Of a DNA stretch of 64,000 nt, positions 38,136-52,029 are shown piece by piece. The DNA is from Octopus vulgaris (lineage: Eukaryota): NCBI GenBank assembly GCA_951406725.2, contig OX597836.1, positions 10,292,001 through 10,356,000 of the forward strand, read 5' to 3'. A model generated the notes under the pieces. That model was not told the origin of the DNA. It saw nothing but the letters and a program-made list of their open reading frames with translations, and ran no database searches. A program made the translations under genes and the position numbers. Positions within the stretch are counted from its first letter, which is position 1, and every line of letters starts with the position of its first letter.

Positions 38136-38550
38136 AGGTGGCGATCTGGCAGAAACGTTAGCACGCCGGGCGAAATGCTTAGCGGTATTTCGTCTGCCGT
38201 TACGTTCTGAGTTCAAGTTCCGCCGAGGTCGACTTTGCCTTTCATCCTTTCTGGGTCGATAAATTAAGTACCAGTTACGCACTGGAGTCGATGTAATCGA
38301 CTTAATCCGTTTGTCTGTCCTTGTTTGTCCTCTCTGTGTTTAGCCCCGTGTGGGTAATAAAGAAATAAGTATTTCGTCTGCCATTACGTTCTGAGTTCAA
38401 ATTCCGCCGAGGTCGACTTTGCCTTTCATCCTTTCTGGGTCGATTAAATAAGTACCAGTTATGCACTGGTGTCGATGTAATCGACTTAATCCGTTTGTCT
38501 GTCCTTGTTTGTCCTCTCTGTGTTTAGCTCCTTGTGAGTAGTAAAGAAAT
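38136..38550 (+). mobile_element. SINE B partial dimer (monomer plus repeated body and tail) with 19-bp TSD
   Basis: AGACAGATAGTTAACCAGA at 38117-38135 and 38551-38569. Confidence 0.95.
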
Positions 38551-39020
38551 AGACAGATAGTTAACCAGATAGACAGACAAACAAGCAGACGGACGGACAG
38601 ACAAGACAGATAGACAGACAGACAGACAGTCAGACCACAGCACCTTCAAAACTAACACTTGTAATCATCTTTAAGTGTTAAGGAGAATGGGAAAACAAAA
38701 TAGAAAACCAAAACGAACAGGTGGAGTAGATTGTAAACCAGGGAGTAAGTTGATTGACTGTCTTAATAAGAGAAAGGGACCCCGAATAAAAGGAAAACGG
38801 GGAGATCTGAAGGATTTCATAGCTTAAAGGGCTTCTTGTCGTAGCACACACAGCCCATCATAGTACAGCAATGGTTTTCCTAAGACTTTTTTCTTTTTTT
38901 TTCTTTTCTTTTTTTTATTCTTGCGCTAAGCCTCTTCTACTAGAATGTTCTCGAATGTCACCGCTCTTCTTTGGAGTGTCAATCGTAGAGCGTGTTGTCA
39001 ACAAGGAGGCGGCGGTGGTC

Positions 39021-39097
39021 GGGTGGACGGGTGGCCGGGTGGACGGGTGGCCGGGTGGACGGGTGGCCGGGTGGACGGGTGGGCAGTCGGGTGGGGG
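39021..39097 (+). repeat. GGGTGG(A/C)C octamer repeat; potential G-quadruplex
   Basis: At least 10 GGG runs separated by 1-5 nt. Confidence 0.8.
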
Positions 39098-39475
39098 TGT
39101 GGATGTGGTGGAAGAAGACAGCAACGGTGCTGTAGCAACTGCGGTGCGGTGCGGTGCTGCGGTTAATGGTGGTTGTCAATGACTGCTGAAGAGCTCCAAA
39201 GATGGCGACGTCGTCGAATCTCCTTCTCTCTCTCTCTTTCTCTTCTTCTCTTTCTTTCTCTCTCTCTCTCTCTCTCTCTCCTTATTTCTTTCCTCTTTTC
39301 TTACTTGAAGCACTCACTCGCGAATATAAATCCTCTTTGAAGAATTCATTTACTGAAAAAGTATAAATACACGCACCACCCGACAGACACCAACTCCGCC
39401 ATATTCACCAACCGCTTTTCTTTAGGTCTATCTGATAGTTTACTCTCTTAACTTGCTCCTTAGTCTTCCATAATC

Positions 39476-39538
<63 letters not shown>

Positions 39539-39780
39539 GTGTCTGGGAGGGCTCCTTATTCCCACACCCACACCCATACCATTCTTATTCGCTTTTACTT
39601 AACTTCCTTTTTCTTTTACATCTCTGTATTCTGGGAACTCTCTGCCTATCTGTCTGTCTGTCTGTCTGTCTCCATCATATGTGTGTGTATGTGTGTGTGT
39701 ATGTGTATGCGTGTGTATATATAAATATTTATATGTGCGGTGTATCTGTATAACTATATATATAAACACATGCCCACGCA

Positions 39781-39848
<68 letters not shown>

Positions 39849-39964
39849 AAGTATATAATATGCATACAAGAACATATAGGTGTATATATGCATATAGTCT
39901 TGTGTTTATATTTATGATATATGTATACAGATATATAAATGTATGTGTTTGTGTATAGGTGTCT

Positions 39965-40083
39965 ATGTATGTATGTATGTATGTATGTATGTATGTATGT
40001 ATGTATGTATGTATGTATGTATGTATGTATGTATGTATGTATGTATGTATGTATGTATGTATGTATGTATATATGTATGTATG

Positions 40084-40117
<34 letters not shown>

Positions 40118-40151
40118 TGTATGTATGTATGTATATATGTATGTATGTATG

Positions 40152-40217
<66 letters not shown>

Positions 40218-40296
40218 TGTATGTATGTATGTATGTATATGTGTGTATGTATGTATGTATGTATGTATGTATGTATGTATGTATGTATGTATGTAT
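39965..40296. repeat. (TATG)n microsatellite
   Basis: Directly visible; similar tracts at 40970-41068, 44585-44890 and 51260-51472. Confidence 0.97.
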
Positions 40297-41562
40297 GTGC
40301 GTATTTATGTGTGTGTGTTTTGTGTAGTCTCTTTCCTTCTGGGCACTTTTTCGTCCCCTTCTCACACGACGTAATTCTCTTGTTTCGTCTCAAACACACA
40401 CACATACACACACGCACGCACGCACGCATGCACGCACCAACCCCCAGGTCTCAGAGCCCCACCCCCTCAATCCCCCCCCACATCATCCTTTACCCCCCAC
40501 CTCCTCTTCTACAACAGCCCACCACGCCACTCGGCATCAATCAAGCCGAAATTGATTGCAGCAAATAGGGGACGACCGGACCGCTGCCGGCCATGTTAGG
40601 AAGGTTTTTGTATCCCAAGTTCCGAGGTAACTTTATCCCGTCTGGAATGCGTTGTTGGTCTGATAGAGTCAATGATATTAGGAGGTGAGTGTAACGCTGG
40701 CTTGTCTCTATCAGCCAATGGCGATGTTCAGCCGGCTCCTACAGCCCTGTTCCCTGATAAGTGGGTTTCGCTTTTGTTTATTTATCACTAAACTTCTCTT
40801 CTCTGAACAAGTTCGTGTTTATTTGGTCAGTTGCGCGTGAAAACTTTTGAAAACAAATCTTATTACGATACCTATAAGAAAAAAAACTCTACGCATTACA
40901 CACGCATACACACCGTATCGAGAAGACATCACGTATACATACACAAACACGCACACAGAAACACGTGTGTACATACATACATACATACATACATACATAC
41001 ATACATACATACATACATACATACATACATACATACATACATACATACATACATACGTACGTACATACAGTACCTTTAAATATGCACACATAGATATATA
41101 CACACGCTAATATATGCCAACATACGTTCTCACATGTGCATGCATATATATGCACACACACACACACAGATACACTTTAAGAAATATCACATACACACAC
41201 ATACACTCATATGTGCACAGAGATTTTACACAAACAGACACGTATATGTATACATATTTAAATGTATACCATACCACACATATGTATGAATGTGTTAGAG
41301 TATATATATATATATATATATAAGTTCAGCAAAATTTAGATTCAAATGAAGATGGTACTTAATCTGTCTCCATTCAACTGAATATCCTTCCCCACCTTCT
41401 AGCAGCTCAAAATAACTTAAAGAATATTCTTCAGTCAGAAGATAAATTCTATTACCTTAAATGTTCTTAAAATTCAAATCGACATCTCTGTCTATATATC
41501 TACCCTCTTTATAATGTTATCAATTAATATGAAAATATGTATTAATGGAGAACCTCTATGAA

Positions 41563-41646
41563 TGGCTGATGATTGCTCAACATTTTCAAACTGTTGTAAT
41601 ACTTACAACACTTAATAAAATGATGTAGCGTGAAACGATCGTACCA
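41563..41646 (+). ncRNA. Type I hammerhead ribozyme with long stem II
   Basis: TGG-CTGATGA-TTGCT...TGTTGTAA-TAC-TTACAACA...AGCGT-GAAAC-GATC-GTA-CCA. Core intact, palindromic stem III (ACGATCGT), perfect 8-bp apical hairpin. Confidence 0.75.
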
Positions 41647-41698
41647 AATTACCGAAGATAATCTTGTTGCTTATTTTGATATATGTATATATATATAT

Positions 41699-42028
41699 AA
41701 CTGGTGCTTAATTTATCGACTGGTACTTAATTTATCGACCCCGAAAGGATGAAAAGCAAAGTCGACTTCGGCGGAATTTGAACTCAGAACATAGCGGCAG
41801 ACGAAATACCTACTTCTTTACTACCCACAGAGAGGACAAACAAGGACAGACACACGGATTAAGTCGATTATATCGACCCCAGTGCGTAACTGGTACTTAA
41901 TTTATCGAACCCGAAAGGATGAAAGGCAAAGTCGACCTCGGCGGAATTTGAACTCAGAACGTAACAGCAGACGAAATACAGCTACGCATTTCGCCCGGTA
42001 TGCTAACGTTTCTGCCAGCTCGCCGCCT
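41699..42028 (-). mobile_element. SINE B partial dimer
   Basis: Two B bodies joined at GACGAAATAC|CTACTTCTTTAC. Confidence 0.9.
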
Positions 42029-42193
<165 letters not shown>

Positions 42194-42626
42194 GTGTGTG
42201 TATTATATATATAAAAAAAACATACATTAACATACATTCATATGTATAGTTGGTAAGTGCACTATTACGTGCGTCAGACGCCAAAAATGCCTTTAAAGAC
42301 AATTCTAGCAATTGCTATCTGCTTCCAAATTTCGAAAGTATGTGTCTATGTAGGAAGTGTGTGGCGGTGTTAGTGGCGGTGGGGACGTTTGCACATCCAC
42401 GGCTGTCTTGGCAAAAACATTCCCCGTCAAATAAATATTGTTTTGCTTTTGTCATGAAATAGCTTTTGACAAGACCAAGGCATGTGAAAATAAACCATTA
42501 CTAAATATAACAACAGGCAAAATAACAATGGTTAACAGCAACGACGAACTGAACTGGAAGATGCAACGTAGTCGCTTAAGCAGTTGAAAATATCAGCCAA
42601 TTTTTTCTTAAGAAACCTGCCCAATA

Positions 42627-42862
42627 GGCGCAGGAGTGGCTGTGTGCATTAATGTCCTCGCCCAGCCCGCAAAGCTAACTTACTCTATGTACGGCCTTTA
42701 TGGCAAATGTTATGAAATAAAGTAGCTTGCTAACCAACCACATGGTTCCGGGTTCAGTCCCACTGCATGGCATCTTGGGCAAGTGTCTTCTGCTATAGCC
42801 CCGGGCCGACCAATGCCTTGAGAGTGGATTTGGTAGACGGAAACTGAAAGAAGCACGTCGTA

Positions 42863-42909
<47 letters not shown>

Positions 42910-43112
42910 CTGTGTTTGTCCCCCTAGCATTGCTTGACAACCGATGCTGGTGTGTTTATGTCCCCGTCACTTATCGGTTCGGCAAAAGAGACCGATAGAA
43001 TAAGTACTGGGCTTACAAAAGAATAAGTCTCGGGGTCGAGTTGCTCGATTAAAGGCGGTGCTCCAGCATGGCCGCAGTCAAATGACTGAAACAATGAAAA
43101 GAGTAAAAAGAG
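42627..43112 (+). mobile_element. SINE A with a ~70-bp insertion in its head
   Basis: Head interrupted at about 42647-42717; the rest closely matches 4507-4932. Confidence 0.9.
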
Positions 43113-43272
43113 TAATATTCTTATAAAATATCACTTTGGGTTTTATGGTATTGGGTTTCTTGCATATGAGAAAGAGATGTGTTGGTCACGAGTAGAATAC
43201 TGGTTGGTCATAAATCTATTCTATCAGGACTGACCCGGGGCTAAATAACAGCAGCAACAGCAGCAGCGGTGC

Positions 43273-43645
43273 ATGCGCAATGGCCCAGTGGTTAGGGCAG
43301 CGGACTGTTGTGCTTTTTCGCCCCAACTTTCTCTCACTCTTTCTTCCGGTTTCTTGAGTAACGTTGCGATGGAGCAACACCGGTTGTCAAGATGGCGGGG
43401 GACGAACACATGCACAAACACCCACACACACACACACACACACACACAAATACACAGACACACACACACACTCACATACACGTATACGATGGGCTTCTTT
43501 CAGTTTCCGTCTTCCAAATCTACTGCCTAGGCTTTGGTCGGTCGGAGGCTATGGGAGAAGACAGTTTCCCAAGGTACCACGCAGTGGGACTGAACCTAGA
43601 ATCAAGTGGTTGGAACCTAGAATCATGTGGTTGCCACGCCTGCGC
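43273..43645. mobile_element. Deleted SINE C-type head (+) abutting a SINE A 5' half (-)
   Basis: GCGCAATGGCCCAGTGGTTAGGGCAGCGGACT and GGGCTTCTTTCAGTTTCCGTCT. Confidence 0.8.
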
Positions 43646-44589
43646 ATATGGATTGTATTCATGATGTGATGTTGCTGTTGTTGTTGTTGTTGTTAAGCAA
43701 CAAGACGGGTAAGAGTGATTAAGGTGATGGTCTAGGGCTTAGGGGCGGGAGACCCCAGACCTCAAAGTCGCTGGAAACGGAGATCTCCAGGTCCAAATTC
43801 TTGAACGGCTGCTGCTGCTGATGATGATGGTGGTGGCGGTAGTGGTGAAATTAATGATACTAATGATGGTAACGATGATGATGATGATGATAGTGATGAT
43901 GATGGTGATGATGATGGCGGCGATGGTGATGGTGGTGGTGATGATGATGATGATGACGATGACGATGGCGATGATTATGTTGTTGATGATGATGATGATG
44001 ATGATGGTGTTAATGGTGGTGGTGTCGATCACGAGGACGAAGACGATATCGGTGATGGTGATGATGATGATGAGGCGGAGGACGAAAAGATGCTAGGTGG
44101 CGCTAGGGAAGGAATCAGTCGTCTCAGATAACGGACATTAAACAGCGTCAAATGTATTTGACAATTTGTAAAATTTATCGACGTATTTTAGCCAGAGAGG
44201 AAAAAAGACTAGTAGAGAGAGAAAGAGAGAGGGAGAGAGAGAATGTGAAAGATGGCGGTTTCATTGAATTTTAAGATAAGTAAAACACCTCACAAATACT
44301 TCCCAAACGACCTTAAAAAGAGGAGGAGAAACTAAAGGTTGAGAAGAGTAAGGAGCAAAGTTTAAAGGTGAAATCGGTTTGATGGGTTGTTTTATGATGA
44401 TTCGATCAAATCAGAAATCAGATCTTCCCTTGCTAAAGAGATCCATAGATTTCCAACAACAAAGTACCGCGACGAATCTGCCCCACCCTCAATCTGTGTG
44501 TGTGTGTGTGTACGCATGCATGGCTGCAGTTCAGTGACTGAAACACGGAAAAGATAAACGATATATAGATGGATATAGATACCTGTATG

Positions 44590-44623
<34 letters not shown>

Positions 44624-44901
44624 TGTATGTATGTATGTATGTATGTATGTATGTATGTATGCATATATGTATGTATATATGTGTGTGTGTATGTATGTAT
44701 GTATGTATGTATGTGTGTATGTATGTATGTATGTATGTGTGTATGTGTGTATGTATGTATGTGTGTATGTATGTATGTGTGTATGTATGTATGTATGTAT
44801 GTATATATGTATGCATATATGTATGTATATATGTATGCATGTATGTATGTATGTGTCTGTATATATATATGTGTGTATGTATGTATATATCTGTGCATGC
44901 A

Positions 44902-45015
<114 letters not shown>

Positions 45016-45454
45016 TGTATGTATGTGTGTGTGTGTGTAACTGAAGTGTAATCGGTGGTTACTGACGCCAAGTAAAAGACGAATAGACTCGCTTCAGTGA
45101 ACAAGATGGATATCGTCACGGTGTATTTACTTCATTCATCTCGTTAACATAAAAACGAAGATTCACGCAAAATGAAATTGCCACCGCAAATGTAGATCGA
45201 AACTGCTTCTCCTCATTTACAGTATGATATTTGTGGAAGAGGCTGCTATGTCTTTTACTTTGCTGTATTTATCTTTTATGTTTTACTTGTTTTAGTTTTG
45301 GGACTGCGGCGGCCACGCTGGAGTACCGCCTTGAAGGGGTTTAGTCGAACATATCGACCCCATTGCCGTATCACTAAGTTACAGGGACGTAAACACACCA
45401 GCACCGGTTAGCAAACGATGAAGGAGGATGAACAACGACAAACAAACGCATGCG

Positions 45455-45510
<56 letters not shown>

Positions 45511-45783
45511 GTCAGTTTTAAGACAATTAAGCAGATTTGTTCAAATTGGGTTCCGCTACAAGAGAGGGACCCATTCACACGCTGAAGCGGAGGACGCTCT
45601 GATAAATTTTTAGCATACCGTTGTGGCTAATGGTGGAGCCTCAAGCCCTCAACGCTTTTAGACTGGGTCTTGTGTACTACACGAAGCTTAAAACATCAAT
45701 CTTCAGCTTTTGTCGAGTAGAGAGCCCTACAGACAATTCTCTGTATGGGCCCCACATTTCCTAGCGCCGGTCCTGCTCACACA

Positions 45784-45814
<31 letters not shown>

Positions 45815-45821
45815 GCACGCA

Positions 45822-45901
<80 letters not shown>

Positions 45902-46619
45902 CGTGTGCGCTTTTCACACGGTTTCCGTCTATCAAATTCACTCACATGGCATTGGTCGACCCGGAGTCATAATAGAAGACATTTGCCCAAATGTTTTAAT
46001 CAATGTTGTCTTGACTGATTTTTATTGTCAAAGATTTTGACACCATAATTCTTTTCATTATTGGGTGACTTCGTTCTTCGTCAGTTATTCAATTTCAAAT
46101 AAATGCAACATTTTATTTCAAGCATTGTCGTCTTTACCGCTCATATGTCAAACATGAGCTTGTAGCAAGCTACCCGTATGTTAAATGAGTGCTGAAACGA
46201 GTTTTAAGAAGCTACACGTATATCAAATATACGCGTTTCTTCAGATCTGAGCAGAATCAGTTTTTTTTTTTCTAGGAGGAGCTCGGGAACAGTGGGTGCA
46301 GGTACAACCCTTAAAAAGTTTTTTGGGGTGGATAGGGGCAATGAGAACGCTTTGAACATCCTCCTGAAAAACTGGGTTTGCACTTCCTAAAGAAATTTAG
46401 TTCCTTCACTTTTGTAGAGAGAGACAGAAACTGACAAGTAAAAAGAAACAAGGAGCTAAGGCAAGAAAAGAACCTTATTTTACTGACTCCGAAAGAATGA
46501 AAGATAAAGCGGGATTCGAACTCAGAGGACCGCAATGGTTACTTCAAAGCAATCTACTCTCCGATGATTTAACGATTCGGCCAAAAGATTCTTATTTTAC
46601 CCACCCGGAAAGAACGAAG

Positions 46620-47290
46620 GTGAGATTTGAACTCATAAGAACCGGAATCTAATCTTCGACAATTTGAACTCATAGAGATTTGAACTCATAAAGCCGCAAT
46701 CTACTCTCCGAAAATTTAAACTCATAGAGCCACAATTTACTCTTCAACAATTTGAACTCATAGAGATTTGAACTCATAGAGCCGACAATTTGAACTCATA
46801 GAGCCGCAATCTGCTCTCCGACAATTTGAACTCATAGAGATTTGAACTCATAGAGCCACAATCTACTCTCCAACAATTTGAACTCATAGAGATTTGAACT
46901 CATAGAGTCACAATCTACTCTCCGACAATTTGAACTCATAGAGATTTGAACTCATAGAGCCACAATTTAATCTTCGACAATTTGAAATCATAGGGCCACA
47001 ATCTGCTCTCCGAGAATTTGAACTCATAGAGCCGCAATCTGCTCTCCGAGAATTTGAACTCATAGAGCCACAATTTAATCTTCGACAATTTGAAATCATA
47101 GGGCCACAATCTGCTCTCCGAGAATTTGAACTCATAGAGCCGCAATCTGCTCTCCGAGAATTTGAACTCATAGAGATTTGAACTCATAGAGCCACAATTT
47201 AATCTTCGACAATTTGAAATCATAGGGCCACAATCTACTCTTAGACAATTTGAACTCATAGAGCCGCAATCCACTCTCCGACAATTTCAC
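46620..47290. repeat. 36-bp minisatellite (with 16-bp sub-units and a 108-bp higher-order repeat) derived from the SINE B B-box region
   Basis: Unit TTTGAACTCATAGAGCCGCAATCT(A/G)CTCTCCGA(C/G)AA; flanked by decayed SINE B pieces at about 46470-46630 and 47285-47305. Confidence 0.92.
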
Positions 47291-47768
47291 GACTCAGCCA
47301 ATCGGGTGCCGCGGATATTAACATAGAAATGTTTAAATTAAACTATCAACAGTATCAATCTCGCAAATCTGCGAGGGTCTGCGGAAGCGGTAGGCCCTAC
47401 CCCCATCGCTTCATAATAGAACTAATATCCTAAGTGAACTGGAATGGCTTCGTACCGGAGTTGAAACCAGATCATTCACACACGTCTTGTCTCGTCTCGT
47501 CTCGTCTCGTCAGAACCTTATATCTTTCTTACTTTACGGCTCTCAACAGCTCTCAAAGTAAATTACTATTAATAAGAGATGTAATCTAGCTAAGAATGTA
47601 ATTTATCACTTTCGACATAAACATCAAAGTAAGATGCTTCATAACAGAAATTGTTGTAAACTTCCAAAACAGTCGTCCGACCTTACACTAATATCATTCG
47701 TATAAAATATTTGCTTGCTCTTCTTCGTTTCTCTGCCGGTTTCTCTGCCTGCATGTTTTGCTGTCTTT

Positions 47769-47803
<35 letters not shown>

Positions 47804-47924
47804 TCTCTCTCTCTCTCTCTCTCGCCTCCCTATCTCAGCCTTTTTCTCTCTTAGTTTTCTCTCTCGTCTATGTATGTATCTATCTATCTATCTGTCTATC
47901 TACCTATCTGTCTCTCACTTTCTG

Positions 47925-47955
<31 letters not shown>

Positions 47956-48126
47956 GTGTATCCATCTATCTATCTATCTATCTACCTATCTATCTGTCTA
48001 TCTGTCTGTCTGTCTGTCTATCTACATACGTATGTATGTATGTATGCTTGTATGTATGTATGTATGTATATATGTATGTATGTATCTATCTATCTATATA
48101 TCTACCTATCTGTCTCTCACTCTCTG

Positions 48127-48161
<35 letters not shown>

Positions 48162-48167
48162 CCCCCC

Positions 48168-48211
<44 letters not shown>

Positions 48212-48361
48212 CGTGTATTTATAAAATAATCTGGTTCGTCATAATGTTGATACTAATACCCAGCACACGCGCCAGCTCTCAATCGACGCAGACCTACGTA
48301 AAGCAAAATAGACGCAGAAAATGCACTTAACATTTCCAACCAATGACGTCTTACCAATTAC

Positions 48362-48411
<50 letters not shown>

Positions 48412-48560
48412 CGCACACACAAACTGCCCGAAGTGCTCGATCGAAAGTATAAAAATAGTCGGGCACAAACACACACGACCCTAAACATACACACACGCGC
48501 ACACAAATCACGTTTGCATGCATACATACATGCATACGTACGTGCAAATATATATATATG

Positions 48561-48638
<78 letters not shown>

Positions 48639-48878
48639 CATGCATAAACACATACATACAAACATACATTCATACAAATATAAGTACATACATACGTACG
48701 TACGTAAAAACGTACATACATACATACAAACATGCATTCACATATAGATACACACGTATACATACATGCATACATACACACATACATGCATACAGACATA
48801 CATACACATACATAGATGCATATATAGACAATACATACATACATACATATACAAACCCAACCCCGTTTTATAACTCCG

Positions 48879-48918
48879 ACTTCTGACGATCGCCTCACAT
48901 GACGTTGAAACGTTAACG
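48879..48918 (+). ncRNA. Weak minimal hammerhead-like motif
   Basis: TT-CTGACGA-(17 nt)-GAAAC-GTT-AA; core present, stems poor. Confidence 0.3.
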
Positions 48919-49218
48919 ACGCAGCTCTACAGGAAACCAATTCATGAATTCCCAATGAGAACTTAAAACCCACGAATATAATTATGGTGATCATCAGATG
49001 TCCCGTGTTGACAATTTCGGAGCAAAACTGCGCAATCTGAAAATTTCAATAATTATTTTAGAGGCTTTAAATACCGCCAAGGTTCTATGAGATAAATTCC
49101 CCGTCAAGTACTGGGGTCGAGGGCATTTTTTCCGATGCCGCTTTCTAGGTTCAAATACAGCTGGGGTCAGCTTCGTCTTTCATCTTTTTAGGGTCGCTAA
49201 AATAAGCACTAGTTAGAC

Positions 49219-49437
49219 CAGTGCTTTTCAAACTTTTTGCTGGAGCGGAATCCCAAGGAAACATTCCACTGGCTCGAGGAACCCCTGTGCAATAATTTAA
49301 TAGTCTTATGCACACATATCTGCACAGGAGAATTAAAAATTACTGTCGATTTTAGCATTTTTGTAACTTCTTGCGGAACCCCTGGACTGTACTGGCGGAA
49401 CCCTAAGGTTCCGCGGAACCCTGGTTGAAAACCACTG
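49219..49437. mobile_element. hAT MITE with perfect 8-bp TSD, inserted in a decayed SINE B
   Basis: TIRs CAGTGCTTTTCAA / TTGAAAACCACTG; TSD AGTTAGAC at 49211-49218 and 49438-49445; internal GGAACCC sub-repeats. Confidence 0.92.
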
Positions 49438-49933
49438 AGTTAGACCAATGCTGGGGCTGATGGAATCGATTAACCCCATGGTCTTTGAAACTAAAGGGTA
49501 GCGATGCAGCGTAATCGTTAGCGGCATTCACATTCTGAGTTCAAGTTCGACTTTGCCGGTCTCTTTCCGGGTTCGATAACATAAGTACCAGCTGAACACT
49601 GGGGTCTTCCGAAATTGAAACCAAAGTTATGCCGGGTCCTTCTAAGGAAATAAAATAACTACCACAAGGAACAGAAGCTGTCCCCTTGGTTCTATTAGCC
49701 GAAGCTTTACCGTCTCTACTACACAACCAGAATATTCTGCAATTTCTCAGTTTATATAACATTCAGTTTTAACCTCTTTGAAGTTCCAACGTTGCCATTT
49801 CAATGCCAATTTCTTTTTTCTATTTTTCTTTTTTCTATTTTTCTTTTTTCTTTTTTTTTTCTTTATACTCACTGTTTATCTTTCTTGTTCTTTCTTACTC
49901 TTTTCTCCGTACTTTCTTCATTTCCTTCATTGA

Positions 49934-49996
<63 letters not shown>

Positions 49997-50067
49997 GCCT
50001 GTATGTCCGCCTATCTGTGTACTTCTCTAGCTCTGTCTATTTGTCTGCCTGTCTGTTTGTCTCTGTT

Positions 50068-50172
<105 letters not shown>

Positions 50173-50335
50173 CTATCTATCATTTATTCATATCGTCTTA
50201 GTTTTTTTCTCTTTTTCTATCAATCTTTCATCACTGCACACTTATTGCTCTACTTTGTCACCCCTCTTCCTTCCTACTTCTCTCTCTCTCTCTCTCTCAC
50301 TCTCTCGACAAATTCGTAGCTAAAAACAAAATCTG

Positions 50336-50484
<149 letters not shown>

Positions 50485-50507
50485 ATGCAATGATAAATCT
50501 CTGAGCG

Positions 50508-50550
<43 letters not shown>

Positions 50551-50673
50551 GTGTGTGTGTGTGTGTGTGTGTGTTTGTGCCCTCAATCACATAGAAACAT
50601 AAAGCAGTGACTTAATGAAGGACCCAATCTGAAAAGCCCTCAATAGATGAAACAACGTAGGTATTCTCAATCG

Positions 50674-50711
<38 letters not shown>

Positions 50712-51474
50712 TATCTTCACAGGCAACAAGACTTCGCCTCTTCAACATTACTTTCTCTATCACTTTTCTTTCTCTTTCTCTCTCTCTCTCTCTCATTCTT
50801 TCTGCCTCTCTTTTTCTCTTACGCCACTCTATTTCTGCTTCACCACTCGTAGACAAACAGAGAATGATCTCTGTTTGTTTGGCTCTCTCTCTCTCTCTCT
50901 CCTTCTCTCTTTCTGTCTTGCCATCTATCTCACTCTTTTTTGCTCTCTCTCCTTCTCTCTCCCTCTCTAACTCTCTCTTCCCCAGGTGTTAATATATCTC
51001 CCTTTCTCATCATTTTTCTGTTATGCAGTTTTTTCTTCCATGTCTTTCTTCTTCTTCTTCTTCTTCTTCTTCTTCTTCTTCTTCTTCTTCTTCTTCTTCT
51101 TCTTCCTCCTCTTCTTCTCCTCCTTTTCATCCTCCTTCTTCTTCTCGTTCTTCTTCTCCTTCTCCTCCTTCCCCTCCTCCCCCTCATCCTCCGTCCCTCC
51201 TCCTCATCCTCCGTCTTCTTCTTCTTCTTCTTCTTCTGTGCACGAATCTATCCCGCCTACATGTATGTATGTATGTATGTATGTATGTATGTATGTATGT
51301 ATTTATGTATGTATGTATGTATGTATGTATGTATGAATGTATGTATGTATGTATGTATGTATGAATGTATGTATGTATGTATGTATGTATGTATGTATGT
51401 ATGTATGTATGTATGTATGTATGTTTGTATGTATGTATGTATGTATGTTTGTATGTACGTACGTATGTATGTAA

Positions 51475-51506
<32 letters not shown>

Positions 51507-51556
51507 GAATGTGCATACGCGCGTGTGTGCTTGTGTGTGCATACGCGTGTGTGTGC

Positions 51557-51603
<47 letters not shown>

Positions 51604-51882
51604 TGTGTGTTATGATTTGCACGTCAGCTGCCACTGCTAATGCACCGGTCAACATCGTTGGCGCAGTGTCTGCTCCCACCAAAACACACCGAACAATTGC
51701 AATACATTTGAAACTAAGACCCAATCGGTTCCATCTAATCCCTCTCAACCGATGACGAATGGTTCGCTTTTATCTCGACATGTTTATATACTCCTTGTCT
51801 GGCACTTAATGGCATTATGGCGGCGAGAAGATTGGCGGCGGTCCTTTTGTGAGTTGGCGTTCATCTCCGGCGGCGCACGGAC

Positions 51883-51940
<58 letters not shown>

Positions 51941-51972
51941 TTAAGACTTAGGTATGGTGTACATATAGACGC

Positions 51973-52017
<45 letters not shown>

Positions 52018-52029
52018 TACACACGTATA

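Noticed and set aside
46620-47290. CRISPR-like array
   Set aside because: Units are contiguous tandem repeats without unique spacers, there are no cas genes, and the context is eukaryotic. The same applies to 19195-19815 and 34315-34790.
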